A DNA stretch of 63,365 nucleotides, filler included, from Saprolegnia diclina VS20 (lineage: Eukaryota), in NCBI RefSeq assembly GCF_000281045.1. It is 7 parts of 3 records of this genome, joined end to end, with 100 filler letters (N's around TTAATTAATTAA, not from the genome) between each part and the next. Parts side by side here need not be neighbours in the genome. Positions count along the whole stretch, not along the records: positions 1 to 28,846 come from NW_008246130.1; 6 more parts are not named here. One strand, written 5' to 3'. The notes below the pieces were generated by a model. It did not search any database, was not told the origin of the DNA, and worked only from the letters and a program-made list of their open reading frames with translations. Shown in pieces: positions 1 through 11,573 of this stretch (positions within the stretch are counted from its first letter, which is position 1; the number at the start of each line of letters is the position of its first letter). The translations under genes were made by a program, and so were the position numbers.

Positions 1-97
1 TAGAACCACCGGTCCCGATGCTTTCTTGACCAGCGGTGCTGTCTTCAATGGTCCATGCTCTCATTCAATCATTTATTGGTTTGACGCGAAAGCCGCG

Positions 98-3000
98 TTA
101 CGCGTTTTGGCGCTCACTCTGGATCACGCGGACGTCGTTGAGGAAGTTTGCAAGTTCTTGGAGAAAGCTCGGCTCGTCGCTTTGGCCTGCCCAGCTGCTG
201 AGTACGCGCTCCGTTTGGCTTGCATCAAGGTTCGGGAACGTCTCTGCGATAAAGGTGTGGAGTGCGTTGTTGTAAAAGCTTGGAAAGTCCACGGACGCAA
301 TGCGGTAGAGGAGGACACAGAGCTCTTCGCGGAGAAGGTCCACGTGACCGCTGATGAGAAGCTTCAAAAGCGTGTGCAGATACGGCAGACGCACTTGGTC
401 TTTGAACGCGTCAAACTCGAAGAGCTGGTGCGTCTTGTGGATGCGCTCGAGGAGCTGGACAATTTGCTTACACACGAACGGCGGAAGCGCGTCTTGGGTG
501 AAGATCGTCCCGACGGCTTGAAGGATCGACACAAAGTACCGTCGGGCGTCGTCGTTTGCAAATGCCTTGCGCCGGCGCCCCGCGTCGTCAAACGTCATTT
601 GGGACACGACAAAGAAGCGGTAATGCTTCTCCAAAATCTAAACGAGCTTGATAACGTGCATCGCATCCAGTCACGACGTACCTGCTCCATGAGAGCGATG
701 AAGAATGGGACGACCGTGTCATAGTGCTTGTGCGCAAAAATGAGCTACACCAGCCGTGAGATCACATTCGTATTGAATATCGTTCTTGTACCTCGTGCAG
801 CGGGCCAAAGCACAGGTCCAAAATGCTAGCCATCCTTGTATGAGTTCACTGTCGTGCGCATGGTGAAAATAGTACCTCTGGAGAAGATTGGCAAACGTAG
901 AGGTGCTCTCTTCGACGAGAATGCGAAGCAGTTTCAGAAAGCCACAGAGCACGGCGGTCCCTGAAGCCCCGAGCGACTCGAGCCTACAGAAAATATAGGT
1001 GGTGCCGTGCACAAGAGTCGTACGCCGCGGTAAGTGGGGCATGCTGGAAGAGCTCGACGAAGGTCGAGATGATGCGGTGAATGAGCTCTGTGGGCATTTC
1101 CTTCCGAATTGAGTTGAGCACATCCGTATAGAGCCCCACAAGCTCGTTCGTGGCACCGACGGCCGTCGCAAGAGGTGCTTTTGGCGTGTTTACGTTCTGG
1201 TGCAGGTACGTGAGGTAGAGACGCACGAGCGAGAGAGCCGAGGCCATGACGGGCATCACGTGCGTCGCGAAGGACAACTTCATGGCCTTGGGCTTGAGGC
1301 GAATGGACGTCGCAAGCGCTCGGCAGATTGACACATCTCGCGTCAGTTGCGTCAAGAGCGATGTGCTCCCGACACGCTGGTCGTTTTGCTGGAGCGCAAC
1401 CGTCGACTCGACAAACGAAGTGACGACAGGAGTAACGATCGCTTCGTATGCCGACACCCACTCGACCTCGGTCGCCGATGGCTGCAGAATAGCGTTGGAA
1501 ACCGCCGTGTACAAGTTGGCTTGGATGAGAGGCGGTAGGTGTAAGCTGAAGCGAGGAAGCGTCGAGCGCAAAGTCGCCATGGCTGAGATCGACGCGTGGA
1601 GGCCGTGAGGAACGACAGCACCGACGCTTGCGAGCAGATGCAGAGCCGCTTGCATGACTGCTGACGGAGACGGAACAATCGAAGTATCGAGCGTTTGAAG
1701 AATGATCTGAACGACCGACTCCATGACGCTGAGAACGTCGTTCGTCGCACCTGACTGGAGCACGAATGGGACGCAGCCCATACAGAGCCGAACGCACGCA
1801 AGGGCTTCACACTAGAAATGAAATGTGAGCGACAGCCCTTGACCATGCTATTACCTCGAGCTCGACAAAGGCTGGACCGCGCGTATGCAGCCGGTGTCCC
1901 ACAATGTACTCGGCGAGCTGCAAGAAGAGGCGCAAGATCGACCAGCCGGCCATCTTGTCCGACATGGCGTTGCTTGCGCTGTAGTGTTGTGCCGCGACGC
2001 ACGATAGAAGCGCACATGACACAGTCAAATCGCGGACCTACAGTAATGCACTGTAGGTTTTGCATTCGTCAAGTTGCGTCGCACCGCAATCGTTTGAGCT
2101 TGCTTAGCATCACCCGATGGAATTGGCGCAGCATGGATCTCCAGAAATTGTGCTAATTGCGCTTGCACGATCGGGAGCATCTTTTCGAGCAGCGGCGGCG
2201 CACAAAACGGCAACTATATCCAAGAGGGTTGAAGAAAAAACGCAAGGCGATGGGATACCTGGGCAATCCGGCGAACGAGCGAGAAGCACTCAAACACAAA
2301 AGCCTTGAGATCCGACATCTCTGCGGACTCTTGCGCCTGGTCCTGGAGAGCACCGGTGCGGATTGCATTGAGCAGGTTGTCGCTTTCACCTCCAAGCTCG
2401 ACGCCAATGGCGACCGGCAAAGCCTCGGGCGCTGGTTGTGGCTCATCATCAAGCTCTTCGAGTTGTGCCTCATTCGTTGAGTAGAGCATTCGGTCCACCA
2501 GGTGCATCATGACACCGACGAGACCGGCTTCGTATGATCGTAGTAGCGCAGGCTGCAGCGCTCCATGGACTTCGGCCTCCTCGACGTGAGAGACAAAGAT
2601 CTCCCAGACTGTGAGGCAGTGAAAGAGGCCTGAAACGTGCGGCTGATGCTGCGTGAGACGCAACACGGCAGCGAGAAGGTCTGTGAGTCCCGAAGTAAGC
2701 GTGGGGGATTCGAGCCGGCGCAGGTGTTTCGTGAGAAATGCCTCCGTGAGGCCCGAGACTTTGTCGAGGTACGGTTCCGCCATGGCTGCCATTGCAGATG
2801 CGTCACAGCTTTCGAGGAGCGAGAGAAGCCCGCAAAGGACACGCTCGATGACCACGTCCGTGACTTGGTGCGCCCATTTCTTGGTGGCAAATACCACAAG
2901 CGTGTCACAAGCGGCTTGGGACGACGCATCCATGGCGAAGCGAGCGCTGTCTGCGACCGTGGCGCGGTTCGCCGCTAGCGCGAAGAGCAAATCGATCGTG

Positions 3001-3750
3001 TTTTGAAGAATGGCCGGTGTTGCATATTGCGGCAAGTCCAGCGTGTAGAGTTGTCCCAGGATGCGCAGCGCGGTGGTGGCCACCGCGTCGTGGAAAGCGG
3101 GGGCGTGGGGCAACGGTGCCTGCAGCTTGGACGCGACATCCGACAGCACATTTGTCGTCAAAATGACAAGAGCATCGAGCTGCGTCTGGAATTGCGCGCG
3201 CTGCCGAGCTCGATCCTTGGTGAGCGTCGGAAAGAGCCCTCGCGCGTCATCGTGCGAGACGCATATTTCTTCGCACACAACGGCGAGAAGTTCGAGGCCA
3301 GCGTGGTGGTATGTTGAAGACGTTGGAGCCGCAATCGTTTCGTGAAGCTGGCTGAGAAATTGGATCATCGCGTCTTGGCGCAAGACCACGTAGACAAGCA
3401 CGACGCGCAGCTTCGAGACGACGTAAGACGGCATCCCGGGTGCTGGCTCGAGCACTGCTGTCCAAATGAAGCTTATGAGCTGTTGCAAATCGAGCTCGAC
3501 TGGCGATCGCACGAGACCTTCTAGCGTTGCGACTGCAAACCACAGACGCTTCTCGTCGGTCCTAAAAGTGCGTTGGCCGCATGGTTCATGAGAACCGCAC
3601 CTACGAGGTCTGGAGCAGCTGCAGCGCTACGAGCTGCGTCTTGTAGGGCGCGAGAAACGCTATCGCACGAGCACGGTCGTCGGCGGTCGCTTGGGGCGCA
3701 AAGCCGAGAGCTACATCGAGCGCCCGGTCAAAGTCGGCGTCTGGTTCCAT
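98..3750 (-). CDS. XPO6: Exportin-6-like karyopherin (HEAT-repeat), multi-exon
   Basis: Consecutive minus-strand helical ORFs (2214-3512, 984-1781, 98-634) are joined by short GT-AG introns. Probable ATG at 3750 (MEPDADFDRAL...). The C-terminus HVDLLREELCVLLYRIASVDFPSFY...DEPSFLQELANFLNDVR resembles the exportin-6 C-terminus (HDLLQEEI...ASVDF...DLPSF...LVNDLR). Confidence 0.75.
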
Positions 3751-3981
3751 CTTGCGTTGCCAAGCACCCAACGAGAATGAAAGATCGACCGCATATTTTT
3801 ATTCCAGGGTTTTATTATAAATACATTTAGCAAGTAGTCCAATGCAAAGACGAATAAAATGGCAATCGGCCCCAAACGCTTGATACCCGGTTGCCAGGTG
3901 CTTCAAACGAACCGGTTCCATGTACTAACCGGTTCCGATCCCCACAGTGGCTGGTTGGTAATTTTGACCGCAAGACGCAGC

Positions 3982-4993
3982 ATGAGCGGAACCCGCCAAC
4001 GCCTCGAGCGCTTCTACGCCAAGTACAACCCGGACAAGATCTCGGAGATCGAAGCCGCCCTGGAGCGCTACAAGGGTCGGGAGGCTAGCTTGTTTGAGGC
4101 CCTTGTGCGCAAGTACGGCCCCGAGCCAGCGGCGAACGAAGAGATCACGTTCGTCGATGCCATGACGTTGCGCCTCCAGGCATTCTACGAGAAGTACAAC
4201 CCGGAGAAGATCGGCGAAGTTCCAACCGTCCTCGCCAAGTATGCGGGCAAAGAGCGCCAGCTCTTTGAAGCCCTTGTGCGCAAGTACGGCCCCGAGCCCG
4301 GCGACGAGCAAGAGGAATACGACGATGATGACGAGGACGACGAGGACGACGACGAAGAGGACGTCACTACGCCCGAGGGGAGTCCGCTGTCCAAGGTAAT
4401 TGTTTACTGCCCCATCGACAACCTCCCGCCGGACTACTGCGAATACGGCCCGATGTTCAACGAGTGCAAGCCGTGGCTCGTGGAACACTGCCCAAACCTC
4501 TTCATCCAAAAGTACAGCCGCACGATCTCCGAGCTTGTTGAAGTTGAGGCTCAAATCGCTGCTGGCGTTGAAGGCATCACTTTGGAGGCCGAAGGCAGCA
4601 AGAGTACGTACCCAATTGCACTCATACTCTTTGTCACTTACTCACGACACAATGTGTGTACTAGGCGTCAAGAAGAAGAAGCAAAAGGCTGCCGAAGAAG
4701 GCAAGCGGGGTGGCAAGGTATTTGTCGAGCGTTTCCAGCGTCAGAAGAAGAAGTTTGTCACGGTCATCGCGGGCCTCGACGAATACGACCTGAACCTCAA
4801 GGACATCTCAAAGCGCATGGGCAAGAAGTTTGCTTGCTCGGCTACCGTCGTCAAGCTTGACAGCGGCAAGAGTCAGGTCCAGCTGCAGGGTGACGTGCAG
4901 CACGACCTCCCGATCTGGCTCGTGGAGGAGTTCAGCATCCCGGAAGAAGCCATCTTCTTCCTGGAAAAGGGCAAGATCGACCCCGCGTTCTAA
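3982..4993 (+). CDS. DENR: Density-regulated protein / TMA22 (SUI1 domain) with two N-terminal ~43-aa repeats
   Basis: Contains VIVYCPIDNLPPDYCEYGPMFNECKPWL (DENR N-terminal motif) and a SUI1 domain RQKKKFVTVIAGL...KKFACSATV...VQLQGDV. ATG at 3982, intron 4604-4664, stop at 4993. Confidence 0.9.
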
Positions 4994-5075
4994 ATGACGC
5001 CCTTCCTGATAGCCGCGAAGTGGATGATGACAGATGGAATTCATGATATTTGATGATCGCGCTTTATCAAGCTGC

Positions 5076-5678
5076 TCACAGCTCGAGACCCTTCTTGCGA
5101 AGAAACGCTTTGGCTTGCAGGTCCTTGTGGCACCACTGAACTTTTGTGCTTGGGCAGTTCCGCAGGCGCTGCATCCTTCGCGTCACGAGGTAGGCGAGGC
5201 AAAGGGCGATGATACTTGTCAAGACGACCAGGCCGAGGATGGAAGCGCGCAAACCCGGGCCATCGCGAAGCACGGTCGTGTCGAGCATGATGGCGTCCGG
5301 GTCGTTTTTGCAGTACGGATATCTGGGTACTCTTTCCGGATTCTGCTGGGCGAGAAAAGCGTGTCAAAATTCAAGGTCAAGTCAAAGCAAAGCCATAAGT
5401 TTATGTATGGCCTTAGTTGTCAAAAGTTAGAGGGGTACGGACATGGGTACCGCGTGAGCGAGTCTCCTTGAACGACGTCAAAAGACTCGTCGTCGTCGAG
5501 GTGCCGCTAATGCCATGCACCTTATGCGGTGTAAAGCTGACGAATATGACCCATGGTACGGACCAGTACCGGTACCTCTCGACCAAGAGATTTGGTTATT
5601 CCCTTGCTCTCGACACCCTGACCACTGGAGATCCCTCTGGAGATCTTCGAACGCCGTAAATCGCTCCAAGCCGTTCAT
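5076..5678 (-). CDS. Possible small single-pass membrane protein, multi-exon; 5' end uncertain
   Basis: Hydrophobic segment ASILGLVVLTSIIALCLAYLV followed by basic residues. GTACC donor-like sites lie upstream. No recognisable family. Confidence 0.3.
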
Positions 5679-6386
5679 GTCATGTCCTGTTTTTGTGCCA
5701 TCTTACATGGAAGCAATGCCAGTCTTGCGGCAGTATGTTTCTGGTGTGCTTGGCATTTCCCGACTGTGTATGTATTGCCTTTTTATCTCGCCTCGGCACC
5801 TTGTCTGTACAAAAGGGTGCCACACACATCATGTGTGTGTGGCACGATCTCACAGACTCTTCTCAAGGTAGTTGCTTAATTGGCTGCGCCGGTGTTACTT
5901 GTCTTGTTAGTCCAGGAATCCGACCCGATCGGATGTCGAATTTGATTGAGCAATGAATGAACTGATTGAAGTGATTCTGCGTGTGCAAGGCCGCAACTAC
6001 AGTACCTGGTAGGTAGTTCGATACTTCGCCAGAGGAGGGGGTCGAAAATGACGTGCACGAAGAAAATGACGTACTACGAACTATTTGAAGTAGACGAATC
6101 GGAGCATGAGGCGGGTGATGAATGTAAGCCATGCGCCGCGATATAAAGATCGGAAACGACTAATACCTAAATTGCACGCACTCGTCGCCGTCGCTTCTCA
6201 GCGGTACGAAGTCTTGTCTTGCAAAGAAAACACACTCGTCGGCTCGCAATTGTGCAGATCGACTCACAAAGGCCTGTGATTGGTCAAGCCTGAGGAAAGT
6301 CCTTATGAACCAATCAGCAGAGGCTGGCGCGGGTGACAGAGTCAGTCTGTCATTTCCGCTTGGCGTCGAACGACTGCGTGACTGAG

Positions 6387-8312
6387 ATGCTGAGCCTCCG
6401 CCGCCTCCACCCGCTCTTGCTGCACCGCACTTTCGCCTCGTCGGCGCGACCGCTCCTTGACATCTATCAGGAGGCAGTGACGAAGCAAGAGATTCGCGCT
6501 GACGCCGTACAGGTCAAGGCACTCGTGCACCTCCAGCGCCTCCAGGATGAAGTGCTCGACATGGACCTCTCGACGCCCGCTGCAATTGCGATCGAAGAGC
6601 CGACATCCATGTTTTCGGCCTGGTTTGGTGCAAAGGAAGCGCGCGTGCCTGAAAAGAAGGCGAGCCCCAAGGGCGTCTACATGCACGGCGGCGTGGGCTG
6701 TGGCAAGGTTTGCTTTTTGCATTGATCACGTTTCTAACGAGATGTAGACGTTTCTTATGGACATGTTCTACGACAACTTGCCAATCGAAAGCAAGCGCCG
6801 TGTGCACTTCCACAAGTTTATGCTCGAAGTTCACGAGAAGATGCACACGCTGCGCAAAGCAGGTAACGCGTTTACCTTGAGAGAATCAATAGACCAACAT
6901 ATCTAGGCTTGCACGAGGATCCAATCCCGCACATCACGAAGGAGCTTGTCGCGACGAGCCGCGTCATTTGCTTTGACGAGTTTCAAGTCACGGACGTCGC
7001 TGATGCGCTTATTTTGCGCCGCCTCTTTTCGGCCATGATCGAGGCCGGTAGCATCGTCGTTGCTACATCCAACCGCCCACCGACAGTATATGGCTGTATT
7101 TTTGTATTTACATTGTCTCACATATCTTGCTAGGATTTGTATAAGAACGGTCTCCAGCGCGACTTGTTTTTGCCGTTCATAGCGCTGCTTCAGGAAACTT
7201 CTGTCGTGCACTCACTTGACGAGTCCTCAACGGACTATCGCAAGCTCAAGGGCGAAGATGAAGTTGAACACGTATATCGACAGCCTCTCACGGAAGCCAA
7301 CCGGCGACTGTTCTACGAGCACTTTAAGCTCTTCACCAAGGTATCGATCAATACGTTAAAGTAGCCACATGGTAGACGTAGGGCGACGCAATCGAGCCCG
7401 TGAAGCTGCACACGCAGGGTCGTACCGTGAACGTGGAACACGCGGCGATTCGCGAAAAAGTTTGCCAAGTTACGTTCTCCGAGCTCTGTGACAAGCCGCT
7501 TGGCGCTGCCGACTATCTCGCCCTTGGCGAGGTACTGTTTCTTCTTATCAACATCACAACTCAAATGTCGTGTAGGCTTTCGACACTGTGTTTGTCCAGG
7601 ATATTCCGCTCCTCGATATTAGCAACCGCAACACGGTATGTTGACGCGGATCGCCCACTCGCTTAGGAAATGGATAGACACGTCGTTTCATCACATTTGT
7701 CGACTGCATGTATGAGAAGAAAGTCCAGCTCTACTGTCTCGCGGACGCGCTTCCGATGCATCTCTTGGTGCAAAACCCAGAAAGCAAATCCGTGCTTGAC
7801 GAAGCATTTGCGTTCGATAGAACAGTCTCCCGTCTCCTCGAGGTATCTGCAGGTTGTGGTGTGCAGTTTGTTAACTGCTACGCTAGATGCAAAGCGAGGA
7901 GTATGTGACGAAGGCTATCGATGCGCAAAAGCCGGACCGATTCGAGCTCCTCGAGACGCTGCGTGTCAAGGAAATTCTGTACGATGACGTCAAAGTACGT
8001 CGCGTTGCCTAAAGTTATCAACGAACGTGTCTTGTTGCGACTAGAGACTCTGGAATGGGTACAACACCAACGCCAATGGCTTCTTGGAGCAGCACGAGGT
8101 GGGGTCATACACGATATTCAATCAATTCGTCTGAGGGTTCATAGATGCGCGTGCTGCTGGAAGACATTAACGAGCTTCATGACGGATCGCGCGATGTACC
8201 GCCGCAAGTGCTCGAAGAGATCTTCCGTGAATATACCAAGAAGGTGCCGCGCCTTACGTTCCCGCAGTTTCAAGCGTTCTGGAAAGCCAAGGGCCTTACC
8301 AAGTGGTGGTAA
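6387..8312 (+). CDS. AFG1: AFG1/LACE1 (ZapE-family) mitochondrial ATPase with C-terminal EF-hand-like extension
   Basis: Presequence-like N-terminus MLSLRRLHPLLLHRTFASS, Walker A GVYMHGGVGCGKT, RRVHFHKFM, Walker B CFDEFQVTDVADALILRRLF, ATSNRPP, PLGAADY and RTVSRLLEMQS. Many short introns. Stop TAA at 8310-8312. Confidence 0.92.
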
Positions 8313-8347
8313 GATGATACTTACATGGACCAGGCAGGCATCTACCG

Positions 8348-9271
8348 TATATGAACGTGTTTCGCGTTATCTTTATCACAATAACTTCGATCGAATACGT
8401 ACATACTGTACTAGCAATCTTCTTCTTTATTTGCTCGCCGGGCCGTGGCTGCGCAGGCGGCGGCGCGGGGGCTCGTGGGGTGCTCGTGGCCGCGAGTGAG
8501 GCCCAAGATGACACAATTCGCAAAGGCCTTCCAGGCTTCGCCGTCGGCGGCAAACCTACACAATTTCTTGAGGTCAGATCATCGAGAGACGCTAGTGACT
8601 GAGGCGGCGTCAGCGATTGTCCTGCTGCAACTTGCAGGACGATCGGCAACGTCAGCTTGGTACACCCTAAAAACGGGGTGCCTTGGGCGGGGCGAATACA
8701 ATAAGTGGGCGGCGGCAATGTAGATCAAGCATATCTCTTTCATGATTTTGATGTGAATTTGGGATTCGGGCGTTTAACCCTATTGTGATAAACAGGTTGT
8801 CCATTTCATGCATCATTTTGAGTGTGATCGAATTCTCGCGTCCAACAGCACATGCCGGCTATTGTTTGGTTCCGGTGTCAATGCGTACGCGATGTGCAAG
8901 AACAAGGTAGACCATTGGACGTGTCTCCGTTGTTTGCTGGCCTGCAGTTCAGCACCAGTTTCGAGTCACTAATTGAATAATCTGCAAGTCGCAGACCACA
9001 AGTTAACCCACAAATCCCTCGAAGGCGCAACTGGCCGCGTTCGAATTCAGGCGAGCGTCGAGTTTTTATCCTTGGCATTGTGATGCGGGTCCCGTATCGA
9101 TGCGCTTGGCGGCAAATATAAAAGCAATGTCCACCGCGGGATGGATCTCTCCGTACGCAGCTCACTCCCAACGACCAAGTGGTGAGCCAACTCCCGCGCA
9201 TTCAGGCGTAGCGCTACGTATGCGAAGTCTTTTTGTGTCATAATGAAGATAACGCGGAACACGTTCATATA
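8348..9271. mobile_element. Putative non-autonomous TIR DNA transposon (MITE-like), ~920 bp
   Basis: ~31-bp terminal inverted repeats: TATATGAACGTGTTTCGCGTTATCTTTATCA (8348-8378) and the reverse complement of 9241-9271 (3 mismatches). Ends fall in TA. No convincing internal ORF. Confidence 0.6.
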
Positions 9272-10522
9272 TATATATAATGTCCATCAACAGTCAGTTG
9301 CGCAAAAATATGTTGAATATATATTACACTGGTACTTGGTAACGTCGATGTGGTGGTCGCAATCGTGTCCATAAACAGAGGGAGGTATTCATAGAATTCG
9401 AGTTTCATGATGTTGCCGCATCAACATCTTCGACGATCGACCTATTTACGTCGTCAAGACGCAGTGTTTCAGAGGCAAACTCAATCTTAGCACTGCGTAT
9501 AACACCTCGGGCATTGAAAATCCCAGATGAAAAGTTAAAAAGTGCATACCATGTACTAATCGTAACCTCGTTTTTGTATTTCCCCTCAAGCCTTTTCCGA
9601 CAACAGAACGTGCTGACACGCCCTGTAGTCGGCAGTAGCCCGCCCACCCCAAAGGACAGAAATGTACCTAACGCAAGACAAGTCGAGCTTCGGTGCCACT
9701 ACTGTCAATTGAAGCGTGTTTGGTGACCACCGCCTTGCGGCAAATGGCCGCCCTGCAGACAAGCTACACAGAAAAACACAAGGGTATTTCTATCCGCCCC
9801 AACTTTAACTGTGGTCCTCATGTATCCGGGGTACAGTTGGTAAAATGACGCGGGATCTATTGCCTAGTCCTATTTCAAGTACTGTGGCTGCGATTGCTAA
9901 TTCTATAATGAGGAAGACAGGCGGTTGGGCATGACTGCCGAGCTCGCCACCAATCATTTCGAGCAAAACGGAGTCACACCAATTATATGACCTATAGCTC
10001 GTCAAATAGTGTTTAGATTACGTTCCGCTGTTGCTCCGACCATGCATGCATCCATAGATGCACCATTGTACAGCATTAGCACGCACGATGCTAACGAGAC
10101 CCTATAGATCATCTCTACTTGTACTAACATGCATGAAGTGTGAGGGAAAGTCCTTGCCAACCTTGAACGGTTGAACGCATAGATACACACAACACGGGCA
10201 CTCGTCTTACTCGTGCTCTTTGCAGTAACTATCAGAAGTTTTCCCCTGTGGAAAATGCTCTGCACGTGTAGTGTACTGGGTGTTGCGCAGTTATTTATTT
10301 GCCAAGCACACACAGCTCGGGCGTACATCAAGGGTTGTCGTCTATTACAGCAAGTACAGCTGCAAGTACTACGGTAGCACAATTGTGCAATTGCATGGCT
10401 TGGACTTGGGCCGATGGACCCTGAAGGGACGGCAATTACTACATTATTTTGGCCAATCAGCGGCCACAATGTATTCCAGTGACTTTTCCCTTGCATTTTT
10501 GACGGACCGCGTGGAAGCCAGC

Positions 10523-11324
10523 ATGACGTCGACGTTCCTTACACTCGTATGCGCGCTCTTTTGCGGCCTCATGGCTGTTGCCAGGTACATGCGTGCATGT
10601 GAGCTCTCTTTCACTGAGGCTTGGTGTAGTGCTGTGGACCTTGAAGGCCGCATCTACTTACCTGCGATGGCGTCCGAGGATGCCGTGGACGCGATTAGCC
10701 CGTTCAAGGTCGTCCTCGACGGCGGTCTTCGCTCGACGCTCTCGACTGCTGATGGCCGCTTCGCCTTCCTTGATGTTGGGCCTGGCCGCTACACTATTGA
10801 TATCTTCTCGCCCGTGTACATGTTCAGCCAAGTGCGTTCACTTCAAGGCAAAGCTCCAGCGCCTCATGTGTCCATTGTAGTTCAAGGTAGACATCAGCGC
10901 CGACGAGCAAATCCGTGTTCTTGAGTTCAAGTACCCCGGTACGAAATAAGATGCTGACTTTATCGGCTCACAGGCCGCATATAGGCACCGGGAAGATGCC
11001 CGTGAGTCACCCCCTTGTTGTCGAGGCGCACATCAAGGTGCAGTATTTCCAGGTAAATCATTCTCGTATTGATTGCTTACTCCTCATACTCTGCACCAGC
11101 CGCGTGAGAAGCTCAGCATTCTTGACTTGGTCCGCAACCCATCCTTCTTGGCGCTCATCGTGCCCATCGTCATGGTCTGGTTGCTTCCCAAGCTTTCTGA
11201 GGGGATGATGGACCCGGAAGAGTACAAGAAGGCACAGGAAGAGATGGGGTCAACGGACCCGCAATCGATGATCCGGAGTATGTTTGGCGCGCCCGAGCCC
11301 AAGGACGACGAGGATAGTGACTGA
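10523..11324 (+). CDS. EMC7: ER membrane protein complex subunit 7
   Basis: Signal peptide MTSTFLTLVCALFCGLMAVA, then DGRFAFLDVGPGRYTIDI, QYFQ|PREKLSILDLVRNP, a TM segment and DPEEYKKAQEEM. Four short introns. Confidence 0.85.
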
Positions 11325-11573
11325 GCACCCTTGGTAGTACTGCAAGGCTTCTCGTGAGACCAATCAATATAGCCCTGCATCTCTTCACTTCGTGCAGCAA
11401 TTTGCTGCAAACTGCAATTTGGAGGGAAAATGGCTGGAAATTTTTAAGAACACGGCGAAGAACTTAAACTTGCCGGTTGTAGCAAACCGTGCAACGCCAA
11501 TAAAAATGGAGACTTTTCATTGCGGGTGGCCAGTCAGGGGGCAGGAAAATTTGAATTTTGATCCAATCCCACA

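Noticed and set aside
9020..9060. GTTCGAATTC resembling a tRNA T-loop/B-box
   Set aside because: No cloverleaf or acceptor stem could be built.
8351..9268. Two ORFs both starting MNVFRVIFI on opposite strands
   Set aside because: They are a by-product of the terminal inverted repeats, not paralogous genes.
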